DNA of 64,000 nt from Tubiluchus corallicola. Its lineage: Eukaryota > Animalia > Priapulida. Every line of letters begins with the position of its first letter. Positions within the stretch are counted from its first letter, which is position 1. The notes below the pieces were generated by a model, which was not told the DNA's origin, made no database searches, and was given only the letters and a program-made list of their open reading frames with translations. The stretch is taken from the NCBI GenBank assembly GCA_030141605.1, contig JAQGDQ010000083.1:620001-684000 (forward strand). Direction: 5' to 3'. The position numbers were made by a program, and so were the translations under genes. Below are positions 40,709 through 52,442 of the stretch, in pieces.

Positions 40709-40873
40709 TCAGTAAAACTGCTCATCTAGGTCTCGCCGATACATGTAAGTTTCTGTCTCTTCTGGTTCAGCGAAGCGTTTTTCAATGTTGTTGTCATCAT
40801 CTTGTTCTCGGCGGTCACGTCTTCTGCTGATGCTAGCACCGCGACTACGCTTCCCTTCACTCAGTGCCACAAC
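40709..40873 (-). CDS. Small secreted peptide precursor, last coding exon
   Basis: Acceptor tatttttgttactAG (40875-40874); 165 bp in phase 0: VVALSEGKRSRGASISRRRDRREQDDDNNIEKRFAEPEETETYMYRRDLDEQFY*; GC-richer than flanks. Confidence 0.8.
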   Translation of the reverse strand, partial: VVALSEGKRSRGASISRRRDRREQDDDNNIEKRFAEPEETETYMYRRDLDEQFY

Positions 40874-41136
40874 CTAGTAACAAAAATAGATCACTTCTTT
40901 ATTGCCATGTAGATACCATTGAACTGAATTACCTATAACAGTACTAGAACAAATAACTCAAGTGTTATTAGGGAATATCTGCAAACTAATGTTACACTGA
41001 GAGAAATAATAAAACAGGTTTACTTTAACATATATTCAGTTATAACAGAATCTAACGTAGAAAAATGCTTATTATTGCAAAATTTTCTCTCTGTCATGAA
41101 TTTAGCAACATGACGTAATAGCTCAGCTGTCCCGTG

Positions 41137-41590
41137 CAGGGGCGTATTTAGTAATATACTAACTAGGCTGCCTGCAGCCTAGAGTGCCAAATTTTGAAAG
41201 GCGTCAGATTTTTGAAGCAGATTATTCTCCACGAGAAAATTCATATATCTTTTCATATTCATTATAATGCTCGTATTTTATAACATACCACAAGCTGTTA
41301 CTGACTCCCCTTATATATAACGGTCGTATAATTAACAAGTACAATTATTACATGAAAGCACCAACCCACGAGCAATGGCGCATCATGCTTAGATATAAAT
41401 TTCTTATATTTTTTGCATTATAAAGAAGTCATAACAGTATAAGCGCGTTGAAAATATATATTTAATTAACAACATCCTTGTAGGTACTTGGCCACATTTA
41501 CAATGCCCTTCTTATATAAATAATTATAAATTCGACCTGGCCGGCACTATATTATCAGCCTAGGTCACCATAATAACTATATACACCACT
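41137..41590. mobile_element. Degenerate hAT-like MITE in intron 2 of the peptide gene
   Basis: CAGGGGCGTATTTAGT...TGCAGCCTAG ... CAGCCTAGG...ACTATATACACCACT; imperfect TIRs, related to family D. Confidence 0.45.
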
Positions 41591-42223
41591 CCCGAGAACA
41601 ACATTAGAACATATCGCTACACATAATTAGGAAATAGTTTATGTGGTTAGTCATAGTTATGACTGATAAACAGATATCACGTAAATTACTGCAGATAATT
41701 TCTGTTTATTACAGCTAATTAATGTTTATTGCCGTGAGTTACAATCATATAGCAAAAATTGCTGTAGCTTAGTTTTAATTCTAATTAATCTGTGACTCCG
41801 ATTATTACGTATAATTTGCGCTCAATGTGATTCATTGAATTTTTTGTAAAAATTGGGCACCTTTGTAATTTTAACGCCCAGACAATTTTCAATCTACAGT
41901 CACACAATTCTATTATTCAGTTTTTATACGTGGCCTTTTTAGCGCACCAACTTTGGCGCGACAAAGAAGTAATAATTTTTAGTAATTCCACGCGTTGGCA
42001 TAAAACATTGTGTAAATCATTACTTTCTTTATCTTACCTCATCTCACAATATCTTATTCGGGTAACTTGGTGCTAAAATTAAATAACTCTACTTCTCTTC
42101 AATGACAGTTTAACTTATTTTAAACATAGTTTCGTTTTCTAAAGTATCTTGTTTTTAAACAAATAAATATATTCAGGCAAGACAATGCAATAAAATATAC
42201 TCAACATAATGCAATGCACGGCG

Positions 42224-42452
42224 TACGATACGATACGATACACTACACTACAATATAATACAATACAATGCAATGCAATGCAATGCAATGCAATGCAATG
42301 CAATGCAATGCAATGCAATGCAATGCAATACAATACAATACAATACAATACAATACAATACAATACAATACAATACAATACAATACAATACAATACAATA
42401 CAATACAATACAATACAATACAATACAATACAATACAATACAATACAATGCA
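42224..42452. repeat. (CAATG)n-(CAATA)n microsatellite
   Basis: Pentanucleotide array within intron 2 of the peptide gene. Confidence 0.97.
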
Positions 42453-42568
42453 AAACAATTCAACATAATATAGTAAGACAATAAACTTAACTGAATTGAC
42501 CCTAAATAACTACTCTGATTGGAACGATGGAAAAACTACATAGTTCATTCAGATAAGCGACTACTTAC

Positions 42569-42613
42569 CAGGGCAATTACCAGAAAAGCAACCAACAGCT
42601 TTTTGCTCATCAT
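42569..42613 (-). CDS. Small secreted peptide precursor, first coding exon (signal peptide)
   Basis: Exon 42636-42569: acceptor ttctgctttttcAG, CAAAATG start context, MMSKKLLVAFLVIAL (45 bp, phase 0), donor GTAAGT. Confidence 0.82.
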
Positions 42614-42973
42614 TTTGAATAAAATTCACGCAGCGTCTGAAAAAGCAGAACAACAGTTCTCAATTCAGAAGAGTTGTAGCGTTTTAATATTTTTATAAAA
42701 GAGCCACAATATCAAACGTAAAAAATATTAAATATTAAACGTATCAACTCGTATAAAACACACCAACAAGCTGTTATTTGCTATGCAGAAAAACAAGCCC
42801 GTGTATATACATGATCATCCTACATTTTTGCTAATGCAGCAACGCTGATATTTTCATTTTAATTTTACCAGTTGAAATAAAAGTCTGACAACTGCAGTTG
42901 CTTGACTATAGCATTTGATAGGCATAAACTATAAATCTTGTAAGTGTAAGTATAATAGCTATACTGTACTTAC

Positions 42974-43022
42974 CAGTTCTTGACTTCAGTAGTGCCTTGG
43001 ATGTGTCCAGAAGACGTATATG
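42974..43022 (-). other. Non-coding first exon of the peptide-precursor gene
   Basis: Ends CTG|GTAAGT (donor at 42973); start inferred ~25-30 bp downstream of the TATA box. Confidence 0.65.
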
Positions 43023-43044
43023 TGCAGAATGTTTGTCTGTGCGT

Positions 43045-43053
43045 CTATTTATA
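43045..43053 (-). promoter_or_regulatory. TATA box (TATAAATAG) of the peptide-precursor gene
   Basis: Consensus TATAAA placed ~70-80 bp upstream of the exon 1 donor. Confidence 0.65.
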
Positions 43054-45209
43054 CGATTTGTGGTCAATCTGTGACATCTTGTTTTTAATCATCTCACCAT
43101 CATGTCAGCAACGTTTCAGTTTCACATCTGTAATTATGACATCTTATTGCAATATTTCTGAAATGCCATTATTAAATAAGATTATTTAGATGCGAACGTC
43201 ACGCCACCATGTGTCACAAAGTTATTAACTTCTTATTAAGCTTCATCCAGCGTCATCGCATTAATTAACAGACTTTATTATAGATCATTACTTCGATGTA
43301 AAAGACAGCAGAAGGGTAATAAGATTTGTACCTTAATATATATTTATCATTGCTACCATCATTACTTTGCACTAATTAGGATTATTTGCTTGCTGTTTAT
43401 TAAACGGTACCCAGCATTCGATCATAATGAATGACGCATTACTTTTATTATACATATAATATACTTAAATACATATACTTTATACTTGAATGCGAGAAAT
43501 GTGAGGGAAGGGCAATAACGTTTGACAATAACAAGCCCGACGAGAGAGGGGGCAGGGGGCAGTGCCCCGGGCCCGGGTGTCTAGGGGTCTCGAGAAAATT
43601 AAGGACTCATCCAGGGTTTTGTATAGCTAGAGCTGCTAATGTTTTTATTCTTCATAAAGTTGTCTAAGTGGACTAGCCATTTTTTGTCTTTACTCTAGAT
43701 CTTCCCTCATCAGTAATGCCTTTCTGATTGTTGGAGGCATTGGAAATAATGGGGACAGCCGTTAGTGTTAACGTTGTTTGTTAATCGAGCGACGATAAAT
43801 AAATATTGTCTTTATCTTTTGTCTTTTTTACAATAATTGCGCTAAGTGTTCGATGTTAACTTGCAGATGTTACGAAAAACACGTTTAAACTTATCAGGTT
43901 GGATGCTTCGTGAATAAAGCTTGTTCTTTTGTCCAAAAAGAACACGGAATTCTCCATTATGACATCATAATGACGTATAATAATATTATATATATGCATC
44001 ACTTCATTGTTGTTACTTCAATTTTTGCACATTTCTATGTTAACAATATTAGCACATTTCTGCTGCCCTGAAACCCCGTATATTGAAATTAAAATCAAAT
44101 GCTACAAATCATTTCTGTGGACAGGTTGAAGAAAAATGATGATTAACAAAAATTTGGTTTTGGATTGTTTAGTTATCAAAGCTTTATATAGTTTTTTCCC
44201 ATTTGTATTAGGTAGAAGAGCAGATATTAGGAGAAAGCAATGCTTGCCCACATAATAAGCTACTTTGGCTGCAAAAAATAATTTTATTACTACTATAGGC
44301 ACTCTGTATCATTTGATTGTGAAATTTCAAACTGTTATTCTGTGAAGTCTATAAAAAAATATAAAAAATCGTCAAACAAAAAAACAACGGTAAAATAACT
44401 TGGCCATTAAATTTATAACAAAGTATAATTTTCAAACACAGCCATTGTAAATAAAAACGTACAATACAACAATAACAATAAATAAAAATAACGTTAGCAT
44501 AATTTCATATTATAGTAGCATAATCACTTTGACCCTATACATCGCAGTTCAAAAGCGTTTCAAAATATCACACAGCAGAGCTCATTTCAATAAATAATCA
44601 AAATCAATTATTCATTTCAGACATTGTCAAGCACAGAATTAATATTACTCTGCAAAAGAAAAATATCATTAGTTTAAGTTCATACAACATTTAGGACAAC
44701 AATTAGCTAAGGTGGACACGTCTCTATAGCTTGTCAATGAGAAATTGGATTACCGGGCATACATACGAGAATATTTAGAAAACGAATCAGTTAAAGTAAT
44801 TTAATCAGAATAAATAGGCCTAAATGATCCTACAAGCTGCTCCTACCTCAGTATGAGGCGAACGACGTGATATGAAATGAAAACAAAATATACGGAAAGT
44901 TAACTATTACAGCAACCGAAGGGAAGGGGCAGCTGATTCCAGCAGAGCACAACAAGACTAGTGAGTAAGGTAAATTATTAATTTAAACTTAAGAAATCGA
45001 GAACCAGATTCGCGACAACATTGACTCACTTAATTTTCTTCATTTTAGTTTTCTGCGATAATGATAATTCAGGAGTAAACGTCGCTACTGAGTCATTGTT
45101 TTTTTCACGAGTAAATTTCAGTGCAGAACATCGCGCAACTGAATCCTGTCAGATTCAAGAAATTAATCTTGAATTTCTGTATCACTTACATACTGTCTTA
45201 TTGCATCCA

Positions 45210-45545
45210 GGGCTTGCGTTATCAGCAACGCTTTATAAAACTTGAAAATTTAAACTCCCGCTATTACCGTTTGGTGCAGCCATTTTGACAGTAAGTCGTT
45301 TTAAATAAGTTTAAATAACATTGTGTAAAATTTGAAAAAATAATCACAGCATTCGTACCGCACACTTCGCTGACTAAGCAAAAGTATAAATTATTTTATC
45401 TTGTCGACAACATGTGTTTTTGTGAGTCAGTGGTGCACACTGGGATGGCAGTGACGTCTTACCATGCAGTTGGGACGAACTTTCTAAATTACTAAGAATT
45501 TTCTTTTCTAGTTACATAACTCTTTCAAGCAGGTAAGCGTAACTT
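45210..45545 (-). repeat. Family B copy 3
   Basis: Reverse complement of ~1820-2170 (GCAGCCATTTTGAC, CACAGCATTCGTA). Confidence 0.7.
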
Positions 45546-46118
45546 TGTAAGGCTATTTGGGTGATAAACCTTAAAACTGCCCTTTATTCCCCTTTAAATA
45601 AACTGCCACTGACTAGAATTCAAGAGCACTTTTGCATAATGACACAAAACCATTAGTTAGCATTCTTTCGAAAATGTCGAGTAAAACGCCATTACAATGA
45701 ACAAATGCCAGAAACTCCGTACTGATCAAAAATGAGCTGCACAGATGATCCAAGAGCGAGACGATTGATTTACCAGGAATCTAACTGATTTTCTTGCTTA
45801 CCTCCTCCATAGAGCCCAGGTCATAGAACCTAACGATAAAATGGATAATTGTAGAGCTATTGCGGTAACTGTCGCTTAAAATAATAGACATTAACCAAGC
45901 ACTGATTACTACTTGAGTAAATTTACCGTTTCAGCTAATGTGCCAGAGCTCTGCATTAATCTCGGCTGTCTGTAAAAAGTACCATTATATTTAGACGATA
46001 ATTCCTTGCGAGAAAATTGTTCTACCTTGCGTCCTCGGCAACAGTTATTAAGTGTCAGCCAAAAAAGTTCCTCCATCTTGTCGATCTCAGTCTCCAATCG
46101 CTTCATGGCGCCATTATG

Positions 46119-46852
<734 letters not shown>

Positions 46853-47229
46853 AGATAACAATGCTGAATGACAGTCACTACCCTCAGTAATCTGTTGATA
46901 CCACTAACTGGTACACAATTTTATTTATTTTGTGTTTATTCTCAAGGCCATGTTACATTTCGTCATGTGTTAAGTGGGTTAATAAAACCACACACAGCAG
47001 ATTTTTGCTAAATATCATGTCGTCTAACCTCGTCTTCATTCGAGTACATTTTTTATACACATTGGTCAAGAAGGGAACATGCAAATTTGCTCCTTTGCGA
47101 TACAAAATTATTAATAAAGTTATTAAAAACAGCAACTACCTTCTTGTGATTTCTTCGTATTCGTAAAGAAGAAAAACCCACCAGCTAAAACTTATAATAC
47201 AGATACAAACACACGTGTGCACTGTTCTT

Positions 47230-47475
47230 GTTTTTGTTTTGTTTTGTTTTGTTTTGTTTTGTTTTGTTTTGTTTTGTTTTGTTTTGTTTTGTTTTGTTTT
47301 GTTTTGTTTTGTTTTGTTATGTTTTGTTTTGTTTTGTTTTGTTTTGTTTTGTTTTGTTTTGTTTTGTTTTGTTTTGTTTTGTTTTGTTTTGTTTTGTTTT
47401 GTTTTGTTTTGTTTTGTTTTGTTTTGTTTTGTTTTGTTTTGTTTTGTTTTGTTTTGTTTTGTTTTGTTTTGTTTG

Positions 47476-47506
<31 letters not shown>

Positions 47507-47615
47507 TTTGTTTTGTTTTGTTTTGTTTTGTTTTGTTTTGTTTTGTTTTGTTTTGTTTTGTTTTGTTTTGTTTTGTTTTGTTTTGTTTTGTTTTGTTTTG
47601 TTTTGTTTTGTTTTG

Positions 47616-47646
<31 letters not shown>

Positions 47647-47954
47647 TTTGTTTTGTTTTGTTTTGTTTTGTTTTGTTTTGTTTTGTTTTGTTTTGTTTTG
47701 TTTTGTTTTGTTTTGTTTTGTTTTGTTTTGTTTTGTTTTGTTTTGTTTTGTTTTGTTTTGTTTTGTTTTGTTTTGTTTTGTTTTGTTTTGTTTTGTTTTG
47801 TTTTGTTTTGTTTTGTTTTGTTTTGTTTTGTTTTGTTTTGTTTTGTTTTGTTTTGTTTTGTTTTGTTTTGTTTTGTTTTGTTTTGTTTTGTTTTGTTTTG
47901 TTTTGTTTTGTTTTGTTTTGTTTTGTTTTGTTTTGTTTTGTTTTGTTTTGTTTT
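47230..47954. repeat. (GTTTT)n microsatellite, ~725 bp
   Basis: Direct observation. Confidence 0.99.
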
Positions 47955-48710
47955 ATATTTAGTGGACTTTTAGCACTTATGGCTCACGCTAGAACAACTA
48001 TTAGTTAGTCGATTAGCGCAGGTTTGTGAGTAATTGATTACTTAAGTAAATGCAAAGCTTCTAAAGAACAGGTGAAACTTAATATTTCCTTGCAAGTTGT
48101 GGGATTAAGCCTACATAGTCGACTACAAAGCTTTCTAAAGAAAATAATTAATGAAGAAATGAAACAGAGAAAAAACAGAACTAACCAACAAAGCTTGACG
48201 TGATTAAATCGTTGATGAATAAAGTAATCCATTCAAGAAAACACAAAGAACGACAACTTCAAGTTAAGTCAAATTCTCTATTAGCGTTAGCCCTTTTATT
48301 TAAGTAAGACGGGACAGGAAAGCACCTCTCTCCCAGTAAAACTTTAGCAATTTTTTTAATTTCAATTTTCTACAATTTAAAAAAGCTTACTATGCACCAG
48401 CTGGATAAGTTTGCCAGTTTAGCACTTTTTATGTCACGCGTTATTTTTCACGCAATGGTTTTTAGAAACAAGTCATCATTAACGCGCGAATAATCCACGT
48501 GGTTTTCCTTCCTTTTGTAATTACAGTGCTTGTGATATTGCACGTTTTCATAGAGCACGAAAATACGTGAGATATACATATTCTATTGTGAAGTAACATT
48601 TCCTTACATCACTATACAATAAACACTTCTGCTTCGCCCGAAATGCGTGCTTTCCTACAAATCCTTTTCAAGTAAAGTCAATGCGAATCTTAATTGAAAC
48701 TGATTGGTTA

Positions 48711-48904
48711 CGGGGAAAACGAATTCTTAAAATGAAAATAACAGCCAGCGTCCACTTAATCAAACACATGGTTTTTATTCAGACAGGACAAAAACATGTG
48801 CAATGTTTAGATCGTTGCGATGTTTGTGTTGAGTCTGAATAAAAGACATGTATTTGATTAAGTGGGTGGTGGCTATTATTTTCATTTCAAGAATCGTTTA
48901 CCGA
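48711..48904. mobile_element. Palindromic (foldback) MITE, ~190 bp
   Basis: ATTCTTAAAATGAAAATAACAGCCA...CCACTTAATCAAACACATG...TTTATTCAGAC mirrored by GTCTGAATAAAA...CATGTATTTGATTAAGTGG...TGGCTATTATTTTCATTTCAAGAAT. Confidence 0.8.
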
Positions 48905-48996
48905 ACTGCAAGAATCAATAATTTAAACAATCAGACAATAAAGCAAATCGCAATATTTTTCACCAGGAAAACAAACTTTGTCGTTTTCGGCATTTA

Positions 48997-49461
48997 TTAG
49001 CATCGCATGAAGCTAAAGCACGGCAAATTCACAATAATTCTGACATCGTTTAGCATCGCATGAAGCTAAAGCACAGCAAATTCACAATAATTCTGACATC
49101 GTTTAGTATCGCAAGAAGCTAAAGCACAGCAAATTCACAATAATTCTGACATCGTTTAGCATCGCATGAAGCTAAAGCACAGCAAATTCACAATAATTCT
49201 GACATTGTTTAGCATCGCATGAAGCTAAAGCACAGCAAATTCACAATAATTCTGACATCGTTTAGCATCGCATGAAGCTAAAGCACAGCAAATTCACAAT
49301 AATTCTGACATTGTTTAGCATCGCATGAAGCTAAAGCACAGCAAATTCACAATAATTCTGACATCTTTTAGCAACGTATGAAGCTAAAGCACAGCAAATT
49401 CACAATAATTCTGACATCTTTTAGCAACGTATGAAGCTAAAGCACAGCAAATTCACAATAA
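48997..49461. repeat. 53-bp minisatellite, ~9 copies
   Basis: Unit TTAGCATCGCATGAAGCTAAAGCACAGCAAATTCACAATAATTCTGACATCGT, head-to-tail with few substitutions. Confidence 0.97.
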
Positions 49462-50089
49462 GTGTCTCCAATAAAACAAACTTCGTTGTTTTCTGACATT
49501 GTTTAACATCACAACCGTTACGTTTCAAAGCCAACTTTAATATGACAAATTAATTACTACGAAAGCAATGATACCAAAGATAGGCACCTCCGCCAGAACA
49601 ATAACAGAAAAATAGTATATAAGCTACTCCATCAGCAAGCAATAACTCTGTGTAAAACATTTCCTATCCTAAAGCACGAGAAAATAGAATTCTTACATAA
49701 AAAAATCGTCTTGAAATTTTATATCATTTACACGCTGCCTTACCCCCGCCCCTGACTCCATATAACGATTAAAAATGAAATTTTTTTAAAAACAATTATG
49801 TAATGTAATACGTGTTATGTTAGTTTCGTGTTTCGTAATGTTAAATGTATAAATAGTGTACACTATGTCATGTAAAATTTAATGTACTTTCGTATAATTG
49901 TTTTGTAAAAATATTTTAATATGGTGTTTGTGAATATGTTCGTTTATTGTATATAGTTTTGCACTTTAGTTTTTTTAGTATGCACTGGACGCATTTGTCT
50001 TGAACAGTGTGGTTATTTTAACATTGCGCTGAGGCTAGCTCAATTTTGTTGTAATGAGTGAGCCGTTTTTACGACAAATAAATAATTAA

Positions 50090-50126
<37 letters not shown>

Positions 50127-50129
50127 CTT

Positions 50130-50450
50130 GCAGAGCTTGTATTGGCACAAACGGGTGAAAAAAACTTGAAAATTTAAGCTCCCGTTTAAACTGACCATTA
50201 GGGAAATCAAGTCGAAATAAGGTTACATAACATTGCCTTAAGTTGGAAAAAATAACCAGAGCATTCGCAGCACACTTTACTAACTAAACAAAAATATAAA
50301 TTATTTTGTCTTGTCATAACATAAAATTAATAATATACTTTTTGGTGAGCCAATGACGTTTTAGGTGAACGCTGGGATAGCAAAATAGTGACATTTTAAC
50401 GTAAGTGTTCTTCTTCAGGTATATAAGTCTATCAAATAGGTAAGCGTAAT
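50130..50450 (-). repeat. Family B copy 4 (more diverged)
   Basis: AGCATTCGCAGCACACTTTACTAACTAAA...GTCTTGTCA...GGTAAGCGTAA matches copy 3. Confidence 0.6.
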
Positions 50451-50879
50451 GTTAAATAATACAACTCTGTATGGGACGTTTTTGAGACATACTTTTCTTC
50501 AAGTTTATTCAATCATTAGGAAGAAAATGACAATTTCATAAAAATGGCTTTTGTATTACTAATGTCGTTTTCATCTGTTTATTTTCTCCCATGTTGTTGT
50601 TTATATTTGTGTTGCGTAGTTAGTTCTATCGGTGCGATTCCTTTTATATAATTGCTTGTTATGGACATTAGGAAATTAGACTTATCCAATTCAATTCAAA
50701 CGTTTATACGGTAACTAAGACCATTTAAAATGCAAACACGGTACTAAAATGCAATCAAATAAAAAATTATATATGTATATATATATACAGAGTTAGTAAG
50801 AGCTAAATAAATTTTAGAGACTAATTATGTATTTATTCGTTCCATTTCACAAAAAAGCAAGAGGTTATGCTTGCCGTAA

Positions 50880-51790
50880 TTACTTAATGCAGCAATAACA
50901 AAGCAATCTCTAGAAGGCACGCGAAAGATCTACTCTCTTATCCAACGCGCACGAATGATTTCTACTAGAAGCTTCTGCCATTTCTTCATTGGTTTGCAAA
51001 ACATAGAAGACATGCAAGCATACAAAAAGCTTAATCTCAAGCTCGTTTGCCCTGCTCAAATCAAACAGAGATTCGTGAATGAGCAGCGGAATTTGAGTTC
51101 CCTCCCAGTAATTTACTAAAGAAAGGATTCAAGAATGTGAGGATTGCTAGAAGGGGCAACCTTAAAAACTGGTGCAACGATTGCTAAAAGAAAGGGCAAA
51201 ACGTAATTTTGTACCCTCTTGGCTCCGTGAAAGTAGTCGAGCGTTTTGCCAAATTATTCAAGCCATATATGATATTGCCATAAGAAAAATTTGTTTCTGA
51301 AACTAAACACGTGAACGTGAATGCTGCACTATACCGCCGACTCCACCAAAAACGTGTTGAACAGACATGGCGTACTAAAGAGTTACTTTTCAAACCAAAC
51401 AGTTTTCATTCAAGGCGGGAAGAGCATTTTGAAAAGCTTTCACATTAACAGTGTCAACATTGTTTGATTTACTTGCATTGTGCACTAGTGTACAATCGCT
51501 GATTGAAGCCACGCCAGCTCGGACGAATTCCACGATTCTGAACTGTTTTCTCACTTCCAGCTAGAAGCCAGTGCCTATTTACTAAGCTGGAAAGAGTGTA
51601 TACCATATCAGACGAAAGCAACACCAAGGAAAATAACTTTAGTGGTAGATATTCATCTAAAGTACTTTTTGTTAAATTATTAAAAAGATATTTTCGATTG
51701 CTTGAGCAATTAGAGTCATTTGTATGTCTAAACGTTAGAAAAATAGTAGCACTAACCACCAATCGAAAAATTGCGTTAGCAAATTAAACG
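50880..51790 (-). pseudogene. Decayed hAT transposase relic
   Basis: SLVRHVCSTRFWWSRRYSA resembles the hAT L..LC.TRWSSR..A motif; rest frameshifted. Confidence 0.4.
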
Positions 51791-51957
51791 TATGTTAGTT
51801 GAATATCTAATGTAATCTAACGTTACTAAATATCTGTTGTTACTAATGCGTAATGTTTTATTGTGCTAGACATTTATGTATTCGTATTTTTGCAATCAAT
51901 GTATGCATTGTGTACAGTATTTACGCAATAAATATTAAATTTGTCTGATGTGTTTTC

Positions 51958-52442
51958 AACCTAGCCACTTGGGGGGGGGGGAAGCCAGCCCAACTCAGTG
52001 CCGGTCTCAAGCCCGGATAAATAGGGAGTGTTAGGGTCAGGAAGGGCATCCGCCTGTAAAAACTGCGCCAAAACCTTCTATGAATGAGTCGGTGAGACTT
52101 AAACATAAAGTCCACAGAGAAGTGGTCAGACCCGCTCTAATCTATGGGCTGGAAGCAGCTTCTCTAAAGAAGACCGGGGAGAAGAAAATGGGTGTGGTGG
52201 AGATGAGGATGGTGGGAATAACAAGAAGAAATAAAATTAGAAATAATAATATCAGAGGAACAATAAAAGTAGTGGAAGCCTCGCAAGATTGCGATGGTAT
52301 GGACACCTGAAAAGAAGAGTCGGTGAAGAGATTGTGTTAAGGGAAGACATAAATGAAGAGATGGTCAACAACAGGAATGCGTGGAGAAGACTCATTCACA
52401 ACGGCGACCCCGCATAGGGAAAAGCTGGGAAGAAGAAGAAGA
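51958..52442 (+). mobile_element. Short bipartite RTE-derived non-autonomous retroelement
   Basis: 16-bp TSD TGTCTGATGTGTTTTC at 51942-51957 and 52443-52458; RTE-type 5' UTR (CAGTGCCGGTCTCAAGCCCGGATAAA...CAGGAAGGGCATCCG); RTE C-terminal peptide KVHREVVRPALIYGLE...EMRM...RRNKIRNNNIR; (GAA)n tail. Confidence 0.88.

Noticed and set aside
48997-49461. CRISPR-like regular repeats
   Set aside because: Units are contiguous with no unique spacers, no cas genes, and the context is eukaryotic; it is a minisatellite
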